Below, piece by piece: positions 9,294 to 19,204 of a stretch of 64,000 nt of DNA. The stretch comes from Nevskiaceae bacterium (lineage in GTDB: Bacteria; Pseudomonadota; Gammaproteobacteria; Nevskiales; Nevskiaceae). The translations under genes were made by a program, and so were the position numbers. The notes below the pieces were generated by a model, which searched no databases, had not been told where the DNA came from, and saw only the letters and a list, made by a program, of their open reading frames with translations. The stretch lies in assembly GCA_004297005.1 (NCBI GenBank), contig SCVA01000020.1:12789-76788 (forward strand), given 5' to 3'. Each line of letters opens with the position of its first letter. The stretch's first letter is position 1.

Positions 9294-11533
9294 CAGGCCT
9301 CGCCTTCCCAGACCAGCCAGATCGTCGCCAGCGAGGGCAGGAACAGGCTCAAACTGGCCGGCCGGCCGTGATAGTCGCCCGGCTCCGCCAGTACGCCGCC
9401 GAGATTGCCGCCGCCGGCGCCGCCGTACTCGGCGGCATCGCTGTTGAACAGCTCGCGCCAGCGCCCGGCCCTGGGCACGCCCAGCCGGAGTCCGTGACGC
9501 GGCACCGGTGTGAAATTGCTGACCACCAAGACCGGTGGCGCGTCGACCGCGTAACGGCAGAACGCGAACAGACTCTCGGCACGGGCATCGACCAGCCGCC
9601 ACTCGAATCCCTCCGGGCGGTGATCCTCGGCATGCAGCGCCGGCTGTTCGCAGTAGCGCCGGTTGAGGTCGCGCACCACCGCCTGCAGGCCGCGATGCCA
9701 GACCCCCTGGGGGGCGGCATGCGCCAGGGCCGCCCAGTCGAGTTCGGCGTCGTGGTTCCACTCGGCTTTCTGCGCCAGCTCGCCGCCCATGAACAGCAGC
9801 TTGCCGCCCGGATGCGCCCACATCCAGCCGAGCAGGCCGCGCAGGCCGGCGTAGCGCTGCCAGTCATCCCCCGGCAGCTTGCGCCAGAGCGAGCCCTTGC
9901 CATGCACCACCTCGTCGTGGGACAGCGGCAGCACGAAGCGCTCCGCATAGGCGTACATCAGGCCAAAGGTCAGGCGCTCGTGGGCATGGCGGCGATAGAC
10001 CGGGTCCAGACGCGCGTAGGCCAGCGTGTCGTTCATCCAGCCCATGTTCCACTTGTGGGAAAAGCCGAGTCCGCCATCGGCCACCGCCGCCGTGACCCCC
10101 GGCCAGGAGGTCGATTCCTCGGCGATCATCAGGCAGCCCGGACTGTGTTCCCGCACGGCCTCGTTGAGGGCGCGGAGAAAGTCCACCGCTTCGAGGTTCT
10201 CCCGGCCGCCGTAGCGGTTGGGCAGCCACTCGCCCGGCGTCCGCGAGTAGTCGCGGTACAACATCGAGGCGACCGCATCCACCCGCAGGCCGTCGAGGTG
10301 GTAGTGGCGCAGCCAGTACAAGGCGGAAGCGATCAGGAAGCCAGCGACTTCGCTGCGGCCGAAGTTGTAGATCAGCGTCTTCCAGTCGCGATGAAACCCC
10401 TCGCGCGGATCGGCGTGCTCGTAGAGCGCACTGCCGTCGAAGCGGGCGAGGCCGTGGGGGTCGGCGGGAAAATGGGCGGGAACCCAGTCCAGCAGCACGC
10501 CGATCCCGGCCTGATGACAGGCATCGACAAAGCCGGCGAACGCCGCCGGCTCACCCCATTCCGGCTGCGGCGCGAACAGCGACAACGGCTGATAGCCCCA
10601 GGACCCGCCGAAGGGATGCGCCATCACCGGCAGCAGCTCGATGTGGGTGAAGCCCAGTTCCAGCACATAGGGGATCAGCGCCTGCGCCAGCTCCCCCCAT
10701 TGGTAGGCGCGTCCGTCCGGGTGCCGGCGCCAGGAGCCGGCATGGACTTCGTAAATGCTCATCGGCCTGCCACTGGACTGGCGCTGTCCACGCTCGGCCA
10801 GCCAGCCTGCGTCGTTCCAGGCGAACGGCGTCGGATCGAAGACCACCGAGGCGGTCTGCGGCGCGGTCAGCGCCTGACGGGCCAAGGGGTCGGCCTTGCG
10901 CGACAGGGTTCCGTCGGCGGTCAGCAGCTCGTACTGATAGACCTCCCCTGGCGCCAAGCGAGGCAGGAACAACTCCCAGACTCCGTTCTCGACGCGGCGA
11001 CGCATGGCGTGGCGGCGGCCGTCCCAGGCGTTGAACGCGCCAACCACCGACACCCGCCTGGCCGTCGGCGCCCAGACCGCGAAACGGACACCGGCCACGC
11101 CCTCCACCACCATCGCCTGAGCGCCCAGGCAGTGCGCGAGTTCGCGGTGGCGGCCCTCGGAGATCAGGTGCAGATCCAGCTCGCCCAGCAACAGGCCAAA
11201 GGAATAAGGGTCTTCGGTCTCCTGCTCGGCCTCGCCACCACCAGCCGCCGGCCAGCGGATACGCAGGCGGTAAGGTCGGCGCAACCCGAGCCGCGCCGCG
11301 TAGAGCCCAGGCGGCGACAGCGCCTGCATCGCCGCCAGCACCTGGCCGCTGCCGGCATCGACCAGATCGACGCCCAGCGCGCCGGGCAGGTAGGCGCGTA
11401 CCAGCCAACCGACCCCGCAGGGCTGCGGACCCAGCAGCGAAAACGGATCGCCCACCTGCCCCGCGGCCAAGGCCGCCGCGGCGCGCGCGTCCACCTCCAG
11501 GGAAACAGACTCGGTTTCGGCGGGGCCGGCCAC
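9293..11533 (-). CDS. glgB: 1,4-alpha-glucan branching enzyme
   Basis: 746 aa. GH13_9 motifs ([75 protein letters not shown]). Confidence 0.93.
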   Translation of the reverse strand: MAGPAETESVSLEVDARAAAALAAGQVGDPFSLLGPQPCGVGWLVRAYLPGALGVDLVDAGSGQVLAAMQALSPPGLYAARLGLRRPYRLRIRWPAAGGGEAEQETEDPYSFGLLLGELDLHLISEGRHRELAHCLGAQAMVVEGVAGVRFAVWAPTARRVSVVGAFNAWDGRRHAMRRRVENGVWELFLPRLAPGEVYQYELLTADGTLSRKADPLARQALTAPQTASVVFDPTPFAWNDAGWLAERGQRQSSGRPMSIYEVHAGSWRRHPDGRAYQWGELAQALIPYVLELGFTHIELLPVMAHPFGGSWGYQPLSLFAPQPEWGEPAAFAGFVDACHQAGIGVLLDWVPAHFPADPHGLARFDGSALYEHADPREGFHRDWKTLIYNFGRSEVAGFLIASALYWLRHYHLDGLRVDAVASMLYRDYSRTPGEWLPNRYGGRENLEAVDFLRALNEAVREHSPGCLMIAEESTSWPGVTAAVADGGLGFSHKWNMGWMNDTLAYARLDPVYRRHAHERLTFGLMYAYAERFVLPLSHDEVVHGKGSLWRKLPGDDWQRYAGLRGLLGWMWAHPGGKLLFMGGELAQKAEWNHDAELDWAALAHAAPQGVWHRGLQAVVRDLNRRYCEQPALHAEDHRPEGFEWRLVDARAESLFAFCRYAVDAPPVLVVSNFTPVPRHGLRLGVPRAGRWRELFNSDAAEYGGAGGGNLGGVLAEPGDYHGRPASLSLFLPSLATIWLVWEGEA

Positions 11534-11536
11534 GCC

Positions 11537-12808
11537 TCAGGCGTCCAGCATTTCGCGCGTCACCAGGGTCACGCCGCCGGCGCTGACGTAGTACTGCTTC
11601 TTGTCGATGCCGAGGTCGCAGCCGATGCGGCTGCCGTCGGGAATGACGCAGCCCTCGTCGATGATGGCGCGCCGGATCTCGCAATTGCTGCCGATACGCG
11701 CGCCCGGCAGCAGCAGCGAGTCCTCGATCTGCGTGCCCCTTTCGATCCGGACGTTGACCGAGAGCACGCTGCGCCGCACCTGCGCGCCCGAGACGATGCA
11801 GCCGCCGGCGACCAGGGATTCGACGGCGGTGCCGGCGGCCGGGCCCTGCTCGAACACGAACTTCGCGGGCGGCACCTGCTCCTGCAGGGTCCAGATCGGC
11901 CACTGTGCGTCGTAGAGATTGAGTTCCGGCACCAGATAGGTGAGCTCGATGTTGGCCAGCCAGTAGGAGTCGATGGTGCCGACATCGCGCCAGTAGCCCT
12001 GGCGGCCGGGTTCGTTGAGGTCGCTGAAGCGGTACGAGTAAACCTTGCCGCCGGCGATGAGCGAAGGCACCACGTCCTTGCCGAAATCGTGGCTGGATTC
12101 GCGGATGCCGGCATCGCGCGACAGCTGCTCCAGCAGGAAGCGCGCGTCGAACACATAGATGCCCATGCTCGCCAGCGCCACACCCGGCTTGTCAGCGAGG
12201 CAATGGGGCGCTTGCGGCTTCTCCTGAAACTCGACCACGCGGTTGGCGGCATCGACCTGCATCACTCCGAAACCGCTGGCCTCCTCGGCCGGCACCTCGA
12301 TACAACCGACGGTGACCTGCGCCCCGGTGCGCGCGTGCTGCGCCAGCATCGGCCCATAGTCCATCTTGTAGATGTGATCGCCGGCGAGCACCAGCACATA
12401 GGCCGGCTGATGGCGGCGGATGAAGTCCAGGTTCTGGTACACCGAGTCCGCGGTTCCCGAGTACCAGTCGTAGGCCTCGCCGCGCTGCTCGGCGGGCAGC
12501 AGTTCGATGAACTCGCCAAACTGGCCGCGCAGAAAACCCCAGCCCTGCTGCAGATGGCGGATCAGCGAGTGGCTCTTGTATTGGGTGAGCACGCCAACCC
12601 GGCGGATGCCGCTGTTGATGCAGTTGGAGAGCGTGAAGTCGATGATGCGAAACTTGCCACCGAAGGGCACCGCCGGCTTGGCGCGCGACAGCGTCATCTG
12701 CATCAGCCGGCTGCCGCGTCCTCCCGCCATGATCAGCGCCAGGGTGTCGCGAGTCAGGCGGCTGACAAAACGGCTGTCCTGCTCGTTGCTAGTGCTCGTG
12801 CTGCTCAT
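11537..12808 (-). CDS. glgC: glucose-1-phosphate adenylyltransferase
   Basis: [40 protein letters not shown] and the C-terminal left-handed beta-helix region. ATG at 12808 preferred over 12841 because a GGAAGGA Shine-Dalgarno-like sequence precedes it. Confidence 0.92.
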   Translation of the reverse strand: MSSTSTSNEQDSRFVSRLTRDTLALIMAGGRGSRLMQMTLSRAKPAVPFGGKFRIIDFTLSNCINSGIRRVGVLTQYKSHSLIRHLQQGWGFLRGQFGEFIELLPAEQRGEAYDWYSGTADSVYQNLDFIRRHQPAYVLVLAGDHIYKMDYGPMLAQHARTGAQVTVGCIEVPAEEASGFGVMQVDAANRVVEFQEKPQAPHCLADKPGVALASMGIYVFDARFLLEQLSRDAGIRESSHDFGKDVVPSLIAGGKVYSYRFSDLNEPGRQGYWRDVGTIDSYWLANIELTYLVPELNLYDAQWPIWTLQEQVPPAKFVFEQGPAAGTAVESLVAGGCIVSGAQVRRSVLSVNVRIERGTQIEDSLLLPGARIGSNCEIRRAIIDEGCVIPDGSRIGCDLGIDKKQYYVSAGGVTLVTREMLDA

Positions 12809-12921
12809 GCAGTCCTTCCCCCGATCCGACGCCAGCGCCACCTACGGATTGATGCGCTTATCCTAGTGGTTAAGTGGGGTCGTCTGTCGATATCCGGAGC
12901 GGATTGGCTACTCTGTAAAAC

Positions 12922-14406
12922 ATGACATCCGACTTGCGTGTTCTCCACGCCGCCGCAGAGTGTTTCCCCCTGGCCAAGACCGGCGGCCTAGGCGACGTCG
13001 CTGGCGCCCTGCCCGCCGCACTTCGCACGCTGGGTTGTGATGCCCGCGTGGCCTTGCCGGCCTATCGCGGAGTGGCCCGGAGCCTGGGCCGGGTCGAGCC
13101 GCTGTCCAGCCATGAGATCAACGGCATCCGCTACACAGTGCTGCGCGGTGCCTTGGCGGACGGGCTGCCGGTCTATCTGTTCGACGCACCCCTGTTGTTC
13201 GACCGCGCCGGCGGCCCTTACGCCGACGAGTCGCAACAACCCTATGCCGACAACGCCCTGCGTTTCGGCACGTTCTCCGCCGCCTTGGCGGCCTTCGTCG
13301 CGCAGGGTGCCGCCGGCTTCGATCCGCAGATCCTGCATCTGCACGACTGGCAGACCGCGCTCGCCGCCCCCTGGCTTGCCGCGGCGCCGCGACGGCCGGC
13401 CCTGATCTTCACCATCCACAACCTGGCCTATCAGGGACAGTTCGGCCGCGAGGCGTTCGAGACCTTGGGCCTGCCTCTGGAATGGTGGTCCCCCGAAGCC
13501 CTGGAATTCTGGGGCGGGTTTTCCTGCATGAAGGGCGGCCTCAACTACGCCGATCTGATCACCACGGTCAGCCCCACCTATGCAAGGGAGATCCAGACAC
13601 CCGCCTTCGGCTGTGGCCTCGATGGCCTGCTCGCGACCAGGGCCGACCGGCTGATCGGTATCGTCAACGGCATCGACACCGCGATCTGGAATCCGGCCAC
13701 CGACCTGCATCTGGTCAGGCATTACGACTCCCGCACGGTCGAGGCCGGCAAGCAGGCCAACCGCCTTGCCGTTTCCTCGACGCTGGGCCTGACGCCGCCG
13801 ACGCGCGGCCAGACGCTGCCCCTGGTGGTGTTCATCGGCCGCCTGGCCGACCAGAAAGGCGCCGACCTGCTGCTTGCTGCCCAGGACGAGCTGATGCAGT
13901 TGCCTCTGCAGTTGGCGGTGCTGGCCAGCGGCGACCCAAAGCTGGAAGCGGCTTTCCGCGATTGGGCCGGGCGGGCGCCTGCCGGCCGTCTGGCGGTGCG
14001 CCTCGCGCACGATGAGGTGCTGGCGCACCAGCTGACCGCTGCCGCCGACCTGCTGGTGATGCCTTCCCGCTTTGAACCCTGCGGCCTCAACCAGATGTAC
14101 GCGCAGCGCTACGGAACCATTCCGGTCGTGCACCGGACCGGCGGTCTGGCGGATACCGTCGTCGAAGCGCGCGGCGGCTCGCCGGCGGCGGAAGAAGGCA
14201 GCGGAGTTCTGTTCGATCATGCCGATGTCGACGGCCTGCTCTGGGGGCTGCGGCGCGGCCTGGAGTTCTGCGCCGACCAGCAGCTGCGCAAGCGGCTGAG
14301 GCGTCAGGGCATGGCGCGCGACTTCAGTTGGTCGGCCTCGGCGCAGCAATACCGGGAGAGCTACACCCGGGTGCTGAGTTCGCGGCGGGACTCCAGTAGT
14401 TGTTGA
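12922..14406 (+). CDS. glgA: glycogen synthase (ADP-glucose type)
   Basis: N-terminal AAECFPLAKTGGLGDV motif, GLNQMYAQRYGTIPVVHRTGGLADTV, 494 aa. Divergent from glgC. Confidence 0.93.
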   Translation: MTSDLRVLHAAAECFPLAKTGGLGDVAGALPAALRTLGCDARVALPAYRGVARSLGRVEPLSSHEINGIRYTVLRGALADGLPVYLFDAPLLFDRAGGPYADESQQPYADNALRFGTFSAALAAFVAQGAAGFDPQILHLHDWQTALAAPWLAAAPRRPALIFTIHNLAYQGQFGREAFETLGLPLEWWSPEALEFWGGFSCMKGGLNYADLITTVSPTYAREIQTPAFGCGLDGLLATRADRLIGIVNGIDTAIWNPATDLHLVRHYDSRTVEAGKQANRLAVSSTLGLTPPTRGQTLPLVVFIGRLADQKGADLLLAAQDELMQLPLQLAVLASGDPKLEAAFRDWAGRAPAGRLAVRLAHDEVLAHQLTAAADLLVMPSRFEPCGLNQMYAQRYGTIPVVHRTGGLADTVVEARGGSPAAEEGSGVLFDHADVDGLLWGLRRGLEFCADQQLRKRLRRQGMARDFSWSASAQQYRESYTRVLSSRRDSSSC

Positions 14407-14464
14407 AGCTGCGTCGGCCGCTACGGGGTACCGCTAAAATGCCGGCCTTCGACTTGGAATCGGC

Positions 14465-14707
14465 ATGTCCTCGATACCCACAACCAGCCCGCAAACGCCC
14501 GACCCGGTCGCGCGCTTTGAAGAGGCGATGAAAGAACTGGAAACCATCGTCCAGAAGCTGGAACGGGGCGAGCTGAAGCTGGAGGAATCCCTAAGCCTGT
14601 TCGAGCGCGGCATGGCACTGAGTCAAGAATGCCGTGGCGCGCTGGACAGTGCCGAGCTGAAGATCAAGACCCTGGTTCCGGGCAAGCCGGCTGACGACAG
14701 CGAATGA
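14465..14707 (+). CDS. xseB: exodeoxyribonuclease VII small subunit
   Basis: 80 aa. FEEAMKELETIVQKLERGELKLEESLSLFERGMALSQEC is typical XseB. ATGA overlap with ispA. Confidence 0.9.
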   Translation: MSSIPTTSPQTPDPVARFEEAMKELETIVQKLERGELKLEESLSLFERGMALSQECRGALDSAELKIKTLVPGKPADDSE

Positions 14708-15594
14708 ACCGCTGCGATTTTTCCGCGTGGGAACTGTCCCGCCGCGCGCGCTTGCACGCGGCGCTGGACGCCGCGCTGCCGCCGGCCGAGGCCTATCCCG
14801 CGCGTCTGCACGGCGCCATGCGCTACGCCAGCGAGGGCGGCAAGCGTCTGCGCGCGCTGCTGGTCTACGGCGCGGGCGAGGCGCTGGGCCTGGCCCCCGA
14901 GCAGCTCGACGCGCCGGCGCTGGCGGTGGAACTGATCCACGCCTTTTCACTGGTGCATGACGACCTGCCGGCGATGGACAACGACGACCTGCGCCGTGGC
15001 CGCGCGACCGTGCACAAGGCTTACAACGAAGGCACCGCCATCCTGGTCGGTGACGGCCTGCAGACCCTGGCCTTCGAGGTGCTGGCCGCGTCCGTGTACC
15101 TGAGCGCGCAGGCGCGGTCCGAGATGCTGCTGCGCCTCGCGCGCGCCAGCGGCTCGCGGGGCATGACCGGGGGCCAGCAGGCCGATCTGGAAGCCGAAGG
15201 CGCCAGCCTGAGCCTGGCCGAGCTGGAACAACTGCACAGCCACAAGACCGGCGCCTTGATCCTCGCCTGCCTGGAGCTGCCGCTGGCGGCGGCGCCCAAG
15301 GCCGAACCGGATTCGCATCTGGCCCTGGACCGTTATGGCCGCGCCCTGGGACTGGCCTACCAGATTCAGGACGATGTGCTGGACGTCACCGCCAGCACCG
15401 GCACGCTGGGCAAGACCGCCGGCAAGGACATCAGCAGCGTCAAGTCCACCTACGTGCGCCTGCTCGGGCTGGAAGCCGCCCAGGCCAGAGCCAGCGCCCT
15501 GTTCGAGGAAGCCCAGAGTGCGCTCACCGGCTTCGACGAGCGCGCCGACCCCTTGCGCGATCTCACCGACCGCATCCGGGCTCGGCGGCACTGA
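14704..15594 (+). CDS. ispA: farnesyl-diphosphate synthase ((2E,6E)-FPP synthase)
   Basis: First and second Asp-rich motifs (LVHDDLPAMDNDDLRRG, YQIQDDVLD). Classical xseB-ispA-dxs synteny. Confidence 0.92.
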   Translation: MNRCDFSAWELSRRARLHAALDAALPPAEAYPARLHGAMRYASEGGKRLRALLVYGAGEALGLAPEQLDAPALAVELIHAFSLVHDDLPAMDNDDLRRGRATVHKAYNEGTAILVGDGLQTLAFEVLAASVYLSAQARSEMLLRLARASGSRGMTGGQQADLEAEGASLSLAELEQLHSHKTGALILACLELPLAAAPKAEPDSHLALDRYGRALGLAYQIQDDVLDVTASTGTLGKTAGKDISSVKSTYVRLLGLEAAQARASALFEEAQSALTGFDERADPLRDLTDRIRARRH

Positions 15595-15678
15595 TTTTGC
15601 TGCAACGCACAAATTCGTCAGAATAACGACCCTGTGACCCTGCACCTTGCTGGTGCGCCGCTCCGTCATAATTGCGAC

Positions 15679-17577
15679 ATGACCACCCATTCCGCAGACA
15701 CGCCCGGCTATACCCTGCTGGGGCGAGTCAACACTCCTGCCGACCTGCGCCAGTTGCCAGTCGGTGAACTGCCCCACCTCGCGGTGGAAATGCGCCGTCA
15801 CCTGATCGAGACCCTGGGCCGAATCGGCGGGCATTTCGCCGCCAACCTCGGCACCGTCGAGTTGTCGATCGCCCTGCACCATGCGTTCGACACGCCATAC
15901 GACCGTCTGGTCTGGGATGTCGGCCACCAGGCCTACCCGCACAAGATGCTTACCGGCCGCCGCGCGCGCCTGGAGTCGATCCGCAAGCTGGGTGGGCTGA
16001 TGCCGTTCTGCCACCGCGGCGAGAGCGAGTACGACGCCTTCGGGGTCGGCCATTCCTCCACCAGCATCAGCGCCGCCGCCGGCATGGCCGCCGCGGCGCG
16101 GGTCAAGGCCGAGCAGCGCCGCGTGGTCGCCATCATCGGCGACGGCGGCATGACCGGCGGCATGGCCTACGAGGCGATGAACCACGCCGGCCATCTCGGC
16201 CTGGACCTGCTGGTGGTCTACAACGACAACGACATGTCGATCTCCGAGAACGTCGGCGCCCTGCGCAACCACTCGGCGCGGATCGCCGCCAAGCTCGGCT
16301 TCCCCACTCCACACCGCGAGGCGGAGGCGTGCGAGAACGCCATGCACCTCGCCGATCGGCCGGGCGCGCTGTTCGAGACCCTGGGTTTCAGCTACCACGG
16401 CCCCATCGACGGCCACGATCTCGACGCGCTGCTGACGGCTTTCGCGCAGCTCAAGGACGCCAAAGGTCCGCAGTTCCTGCACATCATTACCACCAAGGGC
16501 AAGGGCTTCGAGCCGGCCGAGGGCGACCCGATCAAGTATCACGGCGTCACCCAGTTCGATCCGGTCACCGGCGCCTTCCCTGGCAAGAAGCCGGGCGCCA
16601 AGCAGACCTACACCCAGGTGTTCGGCGACTGGCTGTGCGAGGCCGCCGCGCGCGACTCCAAGCTGGTGGCGATCACCCCGGCGATGCGCGAGGGTTCCGG
16701 CCTGGTCGAGTACTCGCAGAAGTTCCCCGAACGCTACTTCGACTGCGGCATCGCCGAGCAGCACGCGGTGACGCTCGCCGCCGGCCTGGCCTGCGAAGGC
16801 CTGAAGCCGGTCTGCGCGATCTATTCCACCTTCCTGCAGCGCGGCTACGACCAGCTGATCCACGACGTCGCCATCCAGAACCTGCCGGTGCTGTTCGCCA
16901 TCGACCGTGGCGGCTTGGTCGGCGCCGATGGCGCCACCCACCACGGCGTGTTCGACCTGAGCTTCCTGCGCTGCATCCCCAACCTGGTGGTGATGGCGCC
17001 TTCCGACGAGAACGAGCTGCGCCGCCAGCTCGCCACCGGGCTGGCGCATGCCGGCCCCAGCGCGGTGCGCTATCCGCGCGCCAATGTGCAAGGCGTGGAG
17101 GTGGACGCCGTCGCCAAGCCGCTACCACTGGGCAAGGGTCGCATCGTCCGCGAGACCCACGGCCGGCGCCGGCCCCGGGTCGCCTTCCTGGCCTTTGGCG
17201 CCATGGTGCAGACCGCGCTGGAAGCGGCGGAGATCCTCGACGCCACGGTCGCCGACATGCGCTTCGTGAAGCCGCTGGACGTGGAGCTGATCCTCGACCT
17301 CGCCCAGGAAAACGACCTGCTGGTGACCCTGGAGGAGAACGCCCGTCTGGGCGGCGCCGGCAGCGGTGTCAACGAAGTGCTGGCCGCCCACCACCAGCCG
17401 CTGTCGGTGCTCAACCTCGGCCTGCCCGATCACTTCGTCGAGCATGGCACCCGCGAGGAGCTGCTGGCGCAGATCGGCCTGGATGCCGCCGGCGTACTGC
17501 GCGCGGTGCAGAAGCGCCTGCGCGGCAAGGAATTCGACGCGCGCGAAAGCGGCGCGCTGCCGCGCCAGGCCTCCTGA
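15679..17577 (+). CDS. dxs: 1-deoxy-D-xylulose-5-phosphate synthase
   Basis: [34 protein letters not shown], the ThDP-binding [19 protein letters not shown], and a transketolase C-terminal domain. ATG at 15679 (MTTHSAD) preferred over the GTG at 15634. Confidence 0.93.
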   Translation: MTTHSADTPGYTLLGRVNTPADLRQLPVGELPHLAVEMRRHLIETLGRIGGHFAANLGTVELSIALHHAFDTPYDRLVWDVGHQAYPHKMLTGRRARLESIRKLGGLMPFCHRGESEYDAFGVGHSSTSISAAAGMAAAARVKAEQRRVVAIIGDGGMTGGMAYEAMNHAGHLGLDLLVVYNDNDMSISENVGALRNHSARIAAKLGFPTPHREAEACENAMHLADRPGALFETLGFSYHGPIDGHDLDALLTAFAQLKDAKGPQFLHIITTKGKGFEPAEGDPIKYHGVTQFDPVTGAFPGKKPGAKQTYTQVFGDWLCEAAARDSKLVAITPAMREGSGLVEYSQKFPERYFDCGIAEQHAVTLAAGLACEGLKPVCAIYSTFLQRGYDQLIHDVAIQNLPVLFAIDRGGLVGADGATHHGVFDLSFLRCIPNLVVMAPSDENELRRQLATGLAHAGPSAVRYPRANVQGVEVDAVAKPLPLGKGRIVRETHGRRRPRVAFLAFGAMVQTALEAAEILDATVADMRFVKPLDVELILDLAQENDLLVTLEENARLGGAGSGVNEVLAAHHQPLSVLNLGLPDHFVEHGTREELLAQIGLDAAGVLRAVQKRLRGKEFDARESGALPRQAS

Positions 17578-17580
17578 GCC

Positions 17581-19131
17581 TCAGTGCCGCCGGCGCAAGC
17601 CGGCGGCCACTAGCAGCAGGCTCAACAAGCCCAGCGGTAAGGCACCGCCGTCGGCAGTCTCGGTCGGCGACTGCGCCAAGACCTTGCCGGTATCCGGCGT
17701 CGAAGCCTGCATCGCCAGCACCTCGCGCTGCGCGGGGCCGTTGCCGGCGAACAGCGTCTTGTTCGGATCCCAGGGGCTCTCGCCCCAGCCGCGCTCGAGC
17801 AACTGCACCACGTCGTTCTCGACCTGCACATAGGCGTAGGCGACGTTGTCGTTCTCGTTGCTTTCGAGGATGGCGTCGCGCTCGTCAACGCGGGACTGCA
17901 CCACGTAGCGCCCGTTGGGCTGGCCGTAGAACTCCACGTACATGCCGGGCCGCTGCCAGCGATAGACATCGCCCCAGCCCACCGACAAACCCATCACGCC
18001 ATTGGCCGGCGAGGTGCAGTTGCCCAGTGGCTCGTCGCCGCCCGGCACCTCGTAACCCTGGTCGAAGCTGTACCAGTCTCCCCAGAGCTGATCGGCCGGG
18101 CAGAAGCCCGACTTGGTGCCCTCGCCTACCCGCTCCATGACGCCGCCGGCGGTGTCGTGCACCGCGTAGAGCCGGAAGCTCAGCACGTAGTCGTCGTGGA
18201 AGTGCGCGTGGATGGGATGGAAGCTGTAGGTGCCGGCCGAGCGCTCCTGAGTGCTGCCGTCGCTGTAGTGGATGACCTGGCGCATCGGCCCGATCACCAG
18301 TCGCGACAGAGCCTCCTGCGGCGCCAACTGCGCAGTACCGGCGATGAAGTCGCCGATCATGTCGAAGCGCATGTCGTAGAGACCTTCACCCAGATTGATC
18401 GGCCCGGAGGTGAAGCGCAGGCATTTCTTCGCCGCGCCGCCGCCCAGGGCAATCGGCGCCATCTCGTCCACCGTGCAGGAGATCGGATGGATGCCGGCGA
18501 TATCCAGCGGCGGATTGATGGTGTCCGGCGGATACAGACCATTGAGCGGATTCAGCGGCGCGATGAAGCCGAACTCGTAGGGCGGCACCACCTTGAGATT
18601 GGGCAACTCAGGGACCACGCCGGGCGCGCGCGGCAGGTCTTCCGGCAGCATGGACTCCAGCTTGGCACGCATGCGGTAGGAACCCTGCTTCACCGACTGC
18701 GGCCTTACCCGCACCGTGTAGACCCCGCCGGCCGGCTGCAACAGCATGGCCTCGGAGTTGAACTGGTTGGAGTTGTCCTCGCTGGCCAGCACCGTGCCGG
18801 CGGCGTCCAGCAGCTCCACGACGAAGGTGTTGGTGCGTACCGGACTGTCGATACCCACACGCAGCCGCGCGCCGCCGTGGGCGATGCTGAGCTTATAGGT
18901 GGGGCATGCACCAGCGGCGGTATCACAGAGCGCGGCGGAGGGCACATTGCCCGCCAGCGTGCCGCCGTCCCAGAACACCGCCTCGTCCAGGCCCAGCACA
19001 CCGCCATTGAGGCCGGCCTTGGCCGTCACCGGCGCATGCGTGGTGCCATGCGCCCAGACGAGGCCCGAAGCCGTAGTCAGTATCGCCGCCGCCATCCACC
19101 GCCCGGCCCGCCAATTTGCGTCTTGCCGCAT
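17581..19131 (-). CDS. secreted lysyl-oxidase-like (LOX catalytic-domain-like) protein with C-terminal GlyGly-CTERM sorting signal
   Basis: N-terminal signal peptide (AAAILTTASGLVWA-HG). HPIHAHFH matches the H-x-x-H-x-H-x-H spacing of the LOX copper site (HSCHQHYH). TKSGFCPAD resembles HKASFCLED (LTQ lysine region). GLSVGWGDVYRWQ..G.Y resembles GLSPGCYDTY...G.Y. The C-terminus GGALPLGLLSLLLVAAGLRRRH has Gly-Gly + TM helix + Arg cluster. Confidence 0.6.
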   Translation of the reverse strand: MRQDANWRAGRWMAAAILTTASGLVWAHGTTHAPVTAKAGLNGGVLGLDEAVFWDGGTLAGNVPSAALCDTAAGACPTYKLSIAHGGARLRVGIDSPVRTNTFVVELLDAAGTVLASEDNSNQFNSEAMLLQPAGGVYTVRVRPQSVKQGSYRMRAKLESMLPEDLPRAPGVVPELPNLKVVPPYEFGFIAPLNPLNGLYPPDTINPPLDIAGIHPISCTVDEMAPIALGGGAAKKCLRFTSGPINLGEGLYDMRFDMIGDFIAGTAQLAPQEALSRLVIGPMRQVIHYSDGSTQERSAGTYSFHPIHAHFHDDYVLSFRLYAVHDTAGGVMERVGEGTKSGFCPADQLWGDWYSFDQGYEVPGGDEPLGNCTSPANGVMGLSVGWGDVYRWQRPGMYVEFYGQPNGRYVVQSRVDERDAILESNENDNVAYAYVQVENDVVQLLERGWGESPWDPNKTLFAGNGPAQREVLAMQASTPDTGKVLAQSPTETADGGALPLGLLSLLLVAAGLRRRH

Positions 19132-19204
19132 CGCACCTTCCCCTGGAGATTTCCAGGGGTAAGCGCAAGCAGTATGCCAAGGCGCGTGCGGATCGCACCG
19201 CCGG

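Noticed and set aside
9032-12925. Giant 1297-aa plus-strand ORF spanning the antisense of glgX (5' end), glgB and glgC.
   Set aside because: The translation is Arg/Ala/Gly/His/Gln-rich and low-complexity, with no recognisable domain. It lies exactly opposite three genes with strong family motifs. Long stop-free antisense frames are expected at this G+C content.
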